NCBI GenBank assembly: GCA_951406725.2
Contig: OX597833.1
Location: 34,782,001 to 34,846,000, forward strand
Reading direction: 5' to 3'
DNA: 64,000 nt
DNA from: Octopus vulgaris
Lineage: Eukaryota
Positions 1 to 11,423 of this stretch are shown here, piece after piece. The position numbers and the translations under genes are program-made. The stretch's first letter is position 1; every line of letters begins with the position of its first letter. A model generated the notes under the pieces. The model saw only the letters and a program-made list of their open reading frames with translations, was not told the origin of the DNA and made no database searches.

Positions 1-2563
1 AAGAAGTTTTTTTCTGTGACGTGCGTATGACCATGTCAACACTCCTGCTTGGCGTTGTTTATCGTCCCCCAAGTTACCATCGGGACACACAGCTTTGCAA
101 TGTCCTCCGAGCTGCTGCCAGGAAAACAGCCACTTATGTGTTTATTGCAGGCGATTTCAATCATCCTGAGATCGATTGGGAGACCTTCCATTGGCCACAG
201 AGTGCAAACGATTTTGTTGAGCTTGTGCTGGACTCAAACTGGTCACAAGTAGTCACCTCTCCAACAAGAGGCGACAACACCTTGGACCTGCTCTTCACCA
301 CAACTCCTGAAGCAGTTATCAATTGCACTACGGAGGAACCTCTAGGTGACTCTGATCATGCTATGATCATCGCCAATCTGGCTCTTGCGGGCAACAAAAA
401 CCTGAACCATCTCCAATCTGCTTCCTTCGATTGGAACCTGTACCACACTGAACTACAGCACCCAAACTGGCGTGAATTCTACAACTCTGGAGATGTGAAT
501 ACTATACTCCAGAGTATCCTGGACTCAATATGGGCAGCATGTGCAGCATCAGTGCCACGTAAACAAAAAAAGAAGAACCGCCCCAAAAGGGCAATTTGGG
601 AAACTTCAGCGGTCCGACTTGCCAGGAGGGAACGTCAGACTGCTGAACGAGAATACAGGTTGCATAAATCAGACACCAACAGGAAGAAGCGGAATAAATC
701 CTCCAACCATCTCAAGCAAGTGACAAAAAAAGCAGTGCTTGAATTTGAACAGTGCATAGCAGCCAATCCTGACAGCAAGGTTTTCTGGAAATATGTGCAC
801 TCAAAGCAGAGACCTCACTCTCCAGTGGGCCCTCTTCGCAACCCTCACACAAACCAGATCACTGACGACCCCAAGGAATGCGCAGAACTCATTGCCGAGT
901 GCTATGCAAACATATTCACTGTTGAAAGTCAAAATGTACCATCTTCACCATCACTAACAGCAAACTCCATAACAACTATGGAATTTACACCTGCAATGCT
1001 GCGACGTCACCTTCAAAATAAGCGCAACTATGCCTCCCCTGGTCTCGATGGAGTTACATACCTGCTTCTCAAACGTGGCAGGCACTTCCTTTACACCAGC
1101 TTTCTATTTTCTTCCAGTACTGTCTCAACAATGGTGCTACTCCGGAGCAGTGGAAAACTGCCAGTGTCATTCCTCTGTTCAAAAAGGGCGACCGCACATC
1201 ACCTGTCAACTATCGCCCAGTCAGTCTCACTAGCTGTATTGCAAAACTGATGGAATCGTGTGTCAGAGAAACACTCTGGAACTTCTGGAGCTCTCACAGT
1301 CTCATCCGACCCTCACAATATGGATTTGTCCCTAACTCCAGCTGCAGTGACCAGCTTGTCGAGTTCCTTGAGGACATTACTCAGATTACTGACAGTGGCT
1401 CATGGGTGGATGTTGTCTACCTTGACTTTGCTAAGGCTTTCAACTCTGTGCCACACAAAAGGCTTATGGTGAAACTCTCTGCAATGGGTGTGGGGGATGA
1501 CCTTTTTAACTGGTTGAAATCCTTCATCCTCAGCCGAAAGGAGGTAGTCACAGTTCTAGGACAGCACTCTACACCATATGAGATGTCATCGGGTGTACCA
1601 CAGGGATCTGTCCTTGGTCCCCTCTTGTTTGTGGCATACATTAACGACATAGATGCCAATTTAAAGAATGCCACAGTATTGAAATATGCAGACGACATCA
1701 AGCTGTACCTTGAAATCAAGAGGACAGATCCTGATGTCTACAACTCTTTCCTGCAATCAGACCTAGACACAATGCAGCAATGGATCACAGACTGGCAACT
1801 GAAACTGGCTGTGGACAAGTGTACCACCATGCATTTTGGGAGAAAAAACCCTGCGTTCACATACTCCCTCCACAACACTGATATCAAGAAATCCTCTTGT
1901 GAGCGTGACCTAGGCATCACTGTCAGCAGTGATTTGCGTTGGTCAAAGCATATCTCTAAGATTGTCAGGAAGGCCGAGGGTGTCTTGGCATCACTCAGCA
2001 GGTCTTTTGTTAGCCGCTCTCCAGCCATCTATTTAAAACTGTATACAGCTATGGTACGACCACACTTGGAATTCGCATCATCAGTTTGGAACCCCTATCT
2101 TGCACAGAACATTGACCTCCTGGAATCTGTCCAGAGATGTGCAACCAAACGCATACCCTCCATCAGACACCTACTATATTCTGAGCGCCTTGTTTCCCTG
2201 GGCATGGATTCACTGAAGCTCCGGCGTTTGGCGACGGACTTGGTAAACACCCACAAAGTTATCAACCACCTCACCAACAACAACACTGAACACCTTTTTG
2301 ATCTCCATGTGTCTAACACACGTGGACATGCCTACAAAGTCAGAAAACAATACAGCTCCCATGACTTTCGGAAACATTTTTTCACGCTCAGAGTTGCTGA
2401 AGCATGGAATAAACTGCCTGCGTCAGTTGTTGACTGCCATGACACTGCATCTTTTAAGGCCCTCATGCTTTCCGAAATCCGCCGAAACTACACCTGATTA
2501 TATATACACTTTAGATGAGTTGTAGTGCACCTGAGCACTGTACACAATTATTATTATTATTAT
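1..2563 (+). mobile_element. CR1-group (Jockey superfamily) LINE, ORF2 (APE endonuclease + reverse transcriptase) with short 3' UTR and (ATT)n tail; continues beyond the window start
   Basis: Endonuclease motifs GVVYRPP, GDFNHP, LDLLFT, SDH in ORF 21-1250; RT motifs YLDFAKAF, GVPQGSVLGPLLF, YADD in ORF 1250-2497. The intervening WKTASVIPLFKKG/NYRPVSLTS segment is in the RT frame, so one frameshift near 1090. Stop at 2495-2497, tail about 2547-2563. Confidence 0.95.
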
Positions 2564-3144
2564 GATCTGACTATCTGATTCAAAATCTCCTGCAACACAA
2601 GGAATGCCAAGATCTTTTACAACATTGAGAAATGTTTGAGAAGTTAGAGCTCATGTCACATTTCCAGATCCTCTTTGTGCCAAAGCCTGGGATGTATGTA
2701 TGCTTTCATGAGAGGCAAGTATCTAATTTTCAATTATCACTTTTATAATCACCATCAAATACAAGATAAGATGAGATATTGTTAGATTCAAAGGTCTTAA
2801 AATGCATTTTGATTTTAGAAACAAATCAATAATAATCTCCACCACATCAGTAAGGTACTTTATGATGATTATATAGGTATAGCTCACCCTAAGTTGGTAA
2901 TTGGTTCCAAGAGACTTAAGTTGATTTGCTTGTCTATAGGCTAGGCCTGGCCTAGCCTAAACTGCTAATAGCCATTCCCTAGTGCTATATTTTATTTATG
3001 AATGCATTTTCAATAAGACATGGTTAATAAAAACCTACTATTTTAAGTTTACAAACAAATGTATTTATTATTTTGTATTACAGTAAAAATAATAAAATAA
3101 GTATTTTAAATTTACCAATACATAAAATTTGGTGGTGTTTACAT

Positions 3145-3505
3145 AACTAATAGCTTGCTTACCAACAACATGGTTCCGGGTTCAGTCCCACTGTGTGGCA
3201 CCTTGGGCAAGTGTCTTCTACTATAGCCTTGGGCCAACCAAAGCCTTGTGAGTGGATTTGGTAGATGGAAACTGAAAGAAGTCCATCGTATATATGTATA
3301 TATATATATATGTATGTGTGTCTGTGTCCTCCCAACATCGCTTAACAACTGATGCTGGTGTGTTTACGTCCCCGTAACTTAGTGTTTGGACAGAATAAGT
3401 ACTAGGCTTACAAAGAATAAGTCCTGGGATTGATTTGCTCGACTAAAGGTGGTGCTCCAGCATGGCCACAGTCAAATGACTGAAACAAGTAAAAGAATAA
3501 AAGAA
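3145..3505 (+). mobile_element. tRNA-derived SINE, family A
   Basis: GGTTCCGGGTTCAGTCCC B-box-like head, central (TA)/(TG) tract, end GACTGAAACAAGTAAAAG; same sequence recurs at 7826, 23113, 29962, 30345, 59926. Confidence 0.8.
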
Positions 3506-3959
3506 AAAGTTTTTCAATAATGTACAATTTGGTAAAGGCAGAAACCATGAGGAATTGTTAGAATTCAATGGGAATCAGTTGTTATATGTAAGTGTTTCTA
3601 ACAGTAACTGGCAAAAACAATTCGATTATAGGATAACAATAAAGGAATAGATATGGAGCTGTTACGTCAATTTACATCCCAATAGAATTGTGCATTTGTA
3701 TAAGACATGATTTTGTCACAGATTACCTGGATACTATATAACTACCACTCTTTTTTTAATCTAGCTAACAAGGGAAGGTTAGCAAAAGGCTACATAAAAA
3801 ACTCACTGTGATGAATAAAAGATTAATTTCAACACTCAGCATTGAAGTATGATAATTACTTATAAGAATAAGTTCAGTATAAGACTTGAGTAAAAAGTGT
3901 TATTTCAAATTTAGAGCTGAGTATTTTTTCACCCAAAGTGGATGCTCAGATACTGTTGT

Positions 3960-4272
3960 CTTGACCATGGGATTGCACCTAGAAAGTTGCCCTCTGAGGT
4001 ACAAGTCCAGGCAAGGTTTTTATGGAAGACCAGCAGTCGCTCATGCATACCAGCCTCCCCTCAGCACACCACTAATGTTATCCAAGGGAAAGGCAAAGGC
4101 TGATACAGCTTGGCACCAGTGATGTCGCAACTCATTTCTACAACTGAGTTAACTGGAGCAACGTGAAATAAAGTGTCTCGCTCAAGAACACATGCAGCCC
4201 AGTTCGGGAATCGAACTCACAACCTCACGATCATAAGCTCAACACTCTAACCACTGAGCCATGCACCTTCAA
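3960..4272 (-). mobile_element. tRNA-derived SINE, family B
   Basis: Reverse complement of the copy at 20788-21120; head GGCTCAGTGGTTAGAG...GAGTTCGATTCCC (A and B boxes). Confidence 0.8.
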
Positions 4273-4301
4273 TATACTGCAGTTTATAATATAGAATATT
4301 A

Positions 4302-4954
4302 CTAGCAGGACCCGTGAATATTTCATGGAATTAATGGTAAACCTACTGGGTTATTTCTGAAAACTTTATTCATTGAAAAGTGAAAGAAATTGAAATACGA
4401 TAATGCATAATTTTATAAACTTACACACAGCTCCCATAAAATAAATATTCACTCTTATTTTTCCATTTTCCCCATAAACAAAAAAAAAACCCATCCTATA
4501 CATACAATACCTTTTGTTAAATTGCATCTATCTGCCACATGAATATGAATATTTTACAGAATTGCACTTATGCGCATGCGTTAAGTGATAGGTATTATAC
4601 AAAACTTAGTTTAGTTAAAAAATATATATTTTTCACTATCCAATCACTACCACCACCACCTCTCTCTCCCTCCACTCTATCAGCCTTTCTTTAACCTCAC
4701 TATCAGAACATCACCCCTCTATTAAATTATGCTTTTAACTTTTCTACTCTACCTTCAAGTTTTTTAACCACATAATATTGTGCTCCCTCCCTCTCCCTAT
4801 TCTCTCTCCTTTTTCAACTAATCATGTAAAAGTGTTACAATTACATCCTCTACCTCACGTCATGGACGCTTCTCTCTCCCTCTTTTTTCTCTAATCACAT
4901 GAGCGCATTACCTATGGGCTAAGTAATGCAGTGACAAGCAGAATTATTATAAGA
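4302..4954 (-). mobile_element. Non-autonomous Helitron
   Basis: Minus strand starts A|TCTTATAATAATTC and ends CCATGAAATATTCACGG (hairpin) GTCCTG CTAG|T. Confidence 0.65.
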
Positions 4955-7088
4955 TATTACAAGTGTATTGCATTACAGATTCTAGGCCTCACCCTCACTG
5001 AGGAGCTTTCATGAACACAGTCCTCTGCTTAGCAATGACCACATGAAGGACTGGCCTTCCTCTTCCGAATTATAAAGTATTTTAACTTCCAACAAATACT
5101 CACTTAATGGAAAATTCACTTTGCTCTAGTTACCAATTTTATCTCTTCACACACACACTATTAATAATCAAAGTAGGTTATCATTTCATCATTGAAGGAT
5201 GTTTTCTTAGTCTCAATGTAGGAAATTAGGTTTCCAGTGGATCTGAATGCTCGAAAACCATATTGGTGGTCACTGAGTAGATATAGGAATTAAAGTTGAT
5301 GAGAGGCGTTTTTGCTTCTTGATGACACTAGCTATGAATGTTTACTCATAGTTTACCCAGACTGAATAAACCTATGATCAAAAGTGTGTTCACCATGACT
5401 ATTCCATCTGTTTCTCTTGCTTTGCTTATCCAATTTCACGTTTGGCAATGTATCCCCAGTGATCCCTGCATATTATGGGCATAAAATACAAGCAGAATCC
5501 AAAATGATAATACAATTACAAATGTCATTAAACAGTGGAAACTTTTAGAATTAAGTGGGGTTAGGGGATGGTCTAAGATATTGAAAAAAATTTTTTATTG
5601 CATAATAGTATTAATTCCATTGAGCAGAAGACAGAATTGAAAAAAGTTTTGTGAAAATTCACAAAAATAAAAAAGTTACGAAGAGATTTACATGTGCTTT
5701 GATCCAAACACTGCTCATTTGTGTGCAACCCATTCACTACTTGCTTTTTTTTTCCACAAAATTTCTTCAGATTTCTATGTTTTTGATATAGGAGAATATG
5801 ATTTTATCCAAAAATCATGTTTTCAAAATTTTAATTTGCCCCCTCCTCACCCCAATTTATTAATTTCTTTTTTCGAATTTTTTTGATCCACATACAAAAA
5901 TACAGAGATTATGAATCTGGGAAATTTTTTTGTTTTCTAAATTTAGTTTTCTTAAAGAAACACTCAATGCTCCTTCCCCTACTTCACCCACCCATCACCT
6001 CTGCTTTCAAAAAGTTAAAACCTCTAAATGTTTCACTTTTGTTTGATGTTTCATGCATGCGTAGAATTCTACTGAAATAACAAACGTCAAAAACATCAGA
6101 CCACCACCAGAAAACCCAGCATGCAAGAAACAATAGTTAAACCACATGATTTCTGAAAAAACTTCCCCACTTTCAAAAAGGCTAAAAGTGAGACAATCAG
6201 TTTTTAGCTTTCTGAAAGTGGGGAGGTAATGGGTGGAGGTTGGAGAAGGGGATTTGAGTGTTTCTTTAAAGGGTGGGGAGGCAGAGTGCAAATGTCACCT
6301 CCAACATGCTAGAAACAACAGCTAAATGACACGATTTCTGAAAATACTTCCTTTTAAGTTTATGTTGAAGGTTATTTCAATTGAAGTTGAATTGTAATTT
6401 TGTGCATGCACACAGCAAGAAATAACATAATTTGCATTGAAGTATTACCTAGCTCAGCTTCAATTGAAATGACATTTTTTAATTTTGTAATTTGTGTTTG
6501 TGATGAGCATATTTAAAAACCTGTTTTTTTTTATATAAACTTAAAAGGAAGTTTTTTTCAGAAATCGTGTCATTTAGCTGTTGTTTCTGGCATGTCGGAG
6601 GCGACATTTGTGCACCCCACCACTTTTTTTTCTTCAAAAATTTCTTTAGATTCCTATGTTTTCGACATAGGAGATTAGGATTTTGCTCCAAAAACATGTT
6701 TTTAAAATTTTAATTTCCTCCTACCCCACTTCAAATTTTTTAAATCTTAAACTTTTTTCGAAATTTTTGTTTGCAATCCGCATAGAAAATACAGAGATTA
6801 CGAATCTTTAAGAATTAAAAAAAAGAATATTTTCTTTGCCACTTTCAAAAAGCTAAAAACTCCAAATGTTTCACTGTCAGCATTTTTGAAAGCGGGGAAG
6901 TTTTTCAGAAATCATGTCATTTAGCTGTCGTTTCTAGCACGTCAGGTTTTCTGGTGGTGGTCTGATATTTCAGTAGAATTCTATGGATGCATGAAACTAT
7001 TTCATAAAAGACCCGTTCATAACCTCAGTGTGAAATAGTTTTTTCCATAGGTAATTTTTGAGTGAATTCAACATATCTCACTCCCAAA

Positions 7089-7201
7089 GATTTGGCTGCT
7101 ATTTCTAGCACACCCTGTTACCACGTAACAGCTATTTGTGATAAAGGATCTGAAAAACCTGTTACGTGGTAGCAGGGTGTGCAAGAAATAGTAGCCAAAT
7201 C
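7089..7201. repeat. Inverted repeat, 43-bp arms, 27-nt loop
   Basis: GATTTGGCTGCTATTTCTAGCACACCCTGTTACCACGTAACAG versus CTGTTACGTGGTAGCAGGGTGTGCAAGAAATAGTAGCCAAATC; 3 non-Watson-Crick positions. Confidence 0.9.
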
Positions 7202-7237
7202 TTTCCTTTTCTAAGGAAAGGGGCCGTTTATACATAC

Positions 7238-7274
7238 TTTCTATGCCACATTCATTGAAAGCATGCAAAATAAC
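7238..7274 (-). CDS. Candidate 37-nt internal exon of the LOTUS-domain gene (VILHAFNECGIE)
   Basis: Acceptor TTTTGTTTTCTTTTCCAG| and donor |GTATGT on the minus strand; only frame 0 is open, matching a phase-0 donor CCA|GTCAGG at the end of the large ORF. Confidence 0.4.
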
Positions 7275-7825
7275 CTGGAAAAGAAAACAAAACTCCATTG
7301 CTGGGAAACTCAGAGCTTCCTGGTGATCCAATGGGTTACAGGTAATCTAGTTATCTATATAATTGATAGCAAAGTTTGTATAAAATTAAACTAAATCCAG
7401 GATTAGTCACAGATCAATCTAGTAAAGTTTTAACAGTTTTGTGATAACATAGTGTCTCAATACATTCTAATACACTCTCTCTTTGGAAGAGAAATTAATT
7501 TTTGACATGCTAAGACCCTTCATAACTTTTTTATTTTTAAGAACTTTCACAAAATTTTTTCGCTTGTTTTCTGCATAATGGAATTAATACAATTATCCAA
7601 AAGAAAAAATTTTATATTCCCACCTACTTCCTTAATTCCAAAACTTTCCACTCTTTATCAACTTTTTTTTTTAATTCTTGGATTTCACAATGGAATTAAT
7701 ACTATTATCCAATAAAATAATTTAAAAAATATATATTTTACTCCACACTCCCAATTCCAAAACTTTCCACTATTGAGTCTTGTGTGTATGTGTAAGAGAA
7801 AACCATCTTAACATAATTTTCTGTT

Positions 7826-8183
7826 AGTGGCTGTGTGGTAAGTAGCTTGCTTACCAACCACATAGTTCTGGGTTCATTCTCATTGCTTGGCACCTTGGGC
7901 AAATGTCTTCTACTATAGCTTCGGGCCAACCAAAGCCTTGTGAGTGGATTTGGTAGACAGAAACTGAAAGCCCGTCGTATATATGTATGTGTGTCTCTGT
8001 TCCCCCCCACATCGCTTGACAACAGATGTTGGTGTGTTTACATCCCCTAATTTAGCGGTTCGGCAAAAGAGAACGATAGAATAAGTACTAGGCTTTCAAA
8101 AAATAAGTCCTGGGATCGATTTGTTCGACTAAGGGCGGTGCTCCAGCATGGCCGTAGTCAAATGACTGAAACAAGTAAAGAGT
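7826..8183 (+). mobile_element. tRNA-derived SINE, family A
   Basis: Near full-length match to the copy at 3145, from GTGGCTGTGTGGTAAGTAGC to GAAACAAGTAAAGAG. Confidence 0.85.
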
Positions 8184-8328
8184 ATGATCAAATGATTTTC
8201 TCTTACACAAACACAAAACAGTTTTGATTTTGAAGTATTTAAAAAATTATTTGGAAACTATAAAGAGAAACAAATGGCAGAATCAGACTGTCCGTATTTT
8301 AAACCCAACCATCCCCCAAATCGAAAAA

Positions 8329-9200
8329 CAGTGGAAAGTTTTAAAATTAGGGGATGGGTGGAGGAATATTAAAAAAAGAAATATTGGATAATTTGCACCA
8401 CCCCCCAACACTTTTTTCCCAAAATTTCTTCGGGCTTCCCTGTTTTCGATATAGGAGATTAGGATTTTGTCCAAAAAACATGTTTTCAAAATTCTGATTT
8501 CCCTCTCCCCACCCCAATTTTTAAAATTTTTACTTTTTCCGAATTAAAAATTTTTTTTTTTATTCTACGCACAAAATACAGAAATTACGAATCTTTAAGA
8601 ATAAAAAATAAACATTTTCTTAAAGAAACACTCAAATCCCCTTCCTCAACTTGCACCACACATCACTTCCCCACTTTCAAAAAGTTAAAAACTCCGAATG
8701 TTTCACTTTTAGCCTTTTAGAAAGCTGAGAAGTTTTTCCAGAAATAATGTCGTTTAGCTGTTGTTTCTAGCATGTCGGGTTTTCTGGAGGTGGTCTGATA
8801 TTTTTTACGTCTGCTATTTCAGTAGAATTCTACGCATGCGTGAAACATTAGACGAAAGTGAAACATTCTGAGTTTTTAATTTTTAAAAAACGCGGAGGTG
8901 AGGAAATAGGCATTGAGTGTTTCTTAAAGAAAAATTAAAATTAAAAAAAATAAATTCCCAGATTCGTAATCTCTGTATTTAACTACATGGATTAGAAATA
9001 AATTCGAAAGAAAGTTTAAAATTTATTGGGGTTGGGGAAATTAGAAGTTCAAAAACAGATAACCGAAAAACTTTTGAAAAAAAAAACAACAAACCCACCG
9101 GAAATGGGTGGTGTACACATCCTTTACCTTCGCCCGTATTTGTATGAAATTTCATTTAAAAATACCCATTTTCCTGAAAGTTTTGTTAAAAAGTATCCAT
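8329..9200. repeat. Further copy of the palindromic DNA element seen at 5533-7030
   Basis: Starts CAGTGGAAAGTTTTAAAATTAGGGG and shares blocks such as GATATAGGAGATTAGGATTTTG and CAGTAGAATTCTACGCATGC. Confidence 0.65.
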
Positions 9201-10085
9201 TTTTCTGGAAGTTATGAGGTAAGAAAGTCGGGAGGGTATACGTCTGTAGTTATGCCGAAAAAGTTACTTATGATGAGAGAAACAAACTTTGAAAAAAAAA
9301 AAAAAAAATTCTGAATCGTAATTTCTGTTGTATGAAACAAAGAAACTAATGAAGGAGAAAAAAAAGCTTTTTCTCTTCCCGTAAGTTTAGGATACACCTA
9401 ATACGAATCTCCTTCCCAAGAACGACAAACGGACCCCGCAACACAGTTCCATTTATACCCTATTTATCTCTAATAACCCTAATGCTAAGACACTTGACCA
9501 GACAAGAAAATAAATTTCGAACACAGTAAAGCTGTAAGAACAGCAGAGAAAGATTATTTACCCTTATAAGACGGAAAAAACGTTCAGGGTAAAATACTTA
9601 ATCTTTCTCTGCTCAGCTTTAAAACTGCGTTCGAAATTTTGTAAAATAGCAACCACGTTCGAGGCTTTCAGTTTGTTTATAAAATGTTGTGGCACTTGAC
9701 CACAGTTCGGTGCATTGAAACTGAAATGACCGATCTGAACTTTATTAATTGTACACCCATGTTTATATTTTCACGAGCCAGTTATGAAATTTTAAAACAA
9801 ATAATTCGAAGCACATGATTTGTCAATCTAATATATTACAAGTCCAAATGATTATTCCCCACCACTAAAATGAGCCCGAATAAAAAGAAAGAAAACAAAA
9901 TCGATCTTTTTCAAGGAGTTTAGTTTAGTTTAACCGTTTGAACACATTTGGCAATAAAAAAACATATCACTTGGAAAAATAACGATACGATGAAATTGGC
10001 ATTTATACATATCAACAGTAATGAAATAGAAAAATAGTTGTTTTTCAGGGGATATTTTTGTTAGGATCTGTGGGGATAACTATGA

Positions 10086-11423
10086 TTAGAACCTGACTGG
10101 CTTAATGATTTCGCTTTTTATCTTGTTAGATTTCGAATTCAAAGATGAATTTTTGTAATTAGCAGTAGTTTTCTGTCCCTCTTTTATGTCAATTTGCCCG
10201 TCACAATTTCCGCTATTGTTGTCATCTAAATGAGTGTTAATAATAGAAATCCTAAGTTCTTGGAGAGCAAGATCTCCGTGTTGGATTTTGAGTGTACTGT
10301 TTGGTTCTTGTTTATCAACAAGGGTTACAGTTCGGGATTTCATTTCTCTGTTACGCTTCCCTGGACTATCCTCAACGTTAATGTCATTATGATAACACCG
10401 ACACTTGTGATTACATTTATCGACTTGCCTCATGCTAAAGTAATTTTTGACGTGACACTGACAATCACAGTTTGCACGTGGAAACTTACTTTGTGAATCA
10501 GTAGTATCAACACAAAGACGGGAGTCTGAAAGACCGTGTTCCGACATCTGAAACTTATAACTATTGTCGTTAAACTCATTAAATCTTTTGTGAATCGTAA
10601 TTTTCCGTCCATTGCCTGATATAAAGCATCTGTTGTGTAAGTTTGGCGTTGAAACATAATGCCTATTTTGCAAAGATTTATTTATTGTATCATGTGCGAC
10701 AGCTACGAAGAACGGTCCCTTTTTGATGCACATGGTGTTGTCAACACTATAATTCAGCATGAGTTCATCTACAGATTTGTAACCGTATTCTTTTAAGGGT
10801 ATGTACCTACCCGTCTCAGATTTGTATTCCTTTTGTAAATCTTTAACGTTCAACCCGAGAGGAGCTTGATAGAGTATCGATAACAGTTTCATTCTGAGCT
10901 CATCAACGTCTGAATTATCGACTGTGGCCGGCACTGAAGCCTGCTTTTGATATGTCCGTGTTGGTAATGGTGGTGGTAGTGATGGTAGTGCCGTTAGTTG
11001 GTGCATGGAAACACTTCGTGTGATTCCATTATTATTGCTGTATCGAGAAAAACGATCATGTTTTGTTTGATAACGCCGTCGTTTGTCATTGTCATTCTTA
11101 ACGTAATGTCGACTCGGTTTCTGATGACGTGACGAAATTTCTTTCGTTTTCAGTTTGCGATCTGATTTTTGTTGTTGGATTAACTTTTCTAGGTGATGTG
11201 TGGCGTCACTTGAAACTGCAAAGTAATAATTTTCGTCTCGAACAACTGTATCAGGAATCGATCTGAGAAAATCATCGAGAGTTGTGAATCCAGTTTTTCT
11301 GACGTCGATATCTTCGCCTGTGAGTTGCTTGTATTCTTTCAAAAAATTCGTTTTTCTCACGCCATGTTTTGAACTTAATAAAACAGATCTGATTTTTTTC
11401 TTTAAATCGATAATATTTTCCAT
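10086..11423 (-). CDS. LOTUS (OST-HTH) domain protein, TDRD5/TDRD7/Tejas-like; single ORF or large first coding exon
   Basis: 445-aa ORF. LOTUS 1: LKKKIRSVLLSSKHGV...EYKQLTGEDI...GFTTLDDFLRSIPDTV plus extension helix ATHHLEKLIQQQK. LOTUS 2: LRMKLLSILYQAPLGL...LQKEYKSETGRYIPLKEYGYKSVDELM. Orthology to TDRD5 versus TDRD7 cannot be decided by eye. Confidence 0.9.
   Translation of the reverse strand: MENIIDLKKKIRSVLLSSKHGVRKTNFLKEYKQLTGEDIDVRKTGFTTLDDFLRSIPDTVVRDENYYFAVSSDATHHLEKLIQQQKSDRKLKTKEISSRHQKPSRHYVKNDNDKRRRYQTKHDRFSRYSNNNGITRSVSMHQLTALPSLPPPLPTRTYQKQASVPATVDNSDVDELRMKLLSILYQAPLGLNVKDLQKEYKSETGRYIPLKEYGYKSVDELMLNYSVDNTMCIKKGPFFVAVAHDTINKSLQNRHYVSTPNLHNRCFISGNGRKITIHKRFNEFNDNSYKFQMSEHGLSDSRLCVDTTDSQSKFPRANCDCQCHVKNYFSMRQVDKCNHKCRCYHNDINVEDSPGKRNREMKSRTVTLVDKQEPNSTLKIQHGDLALQELRISIINTHLDDNNSGNCDGQIDIKEGQKTTANYKNSSLNSKSNKIKSEIIKPVRF

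Larger units (their letters stand above)
5533..7775. repeat. Rearranged fragments of a palindromic non-autonomous DNA element
   Basis: CAGTGGAAACTTTTAGAATT at about 5533 and its inverse AATTCCAAAACTTTCCACT at about 7634 and 7754; internal blocks recur in both orientations and again at 8329-9200. Confidence 0.6.

Noticed and set aside
2888-2934. Possible further minus-strand exon ending at a GTGAG donor
   Set aside because: Acceptor lacks a pyrimidine tract and the peptide has no recognisable similarity.
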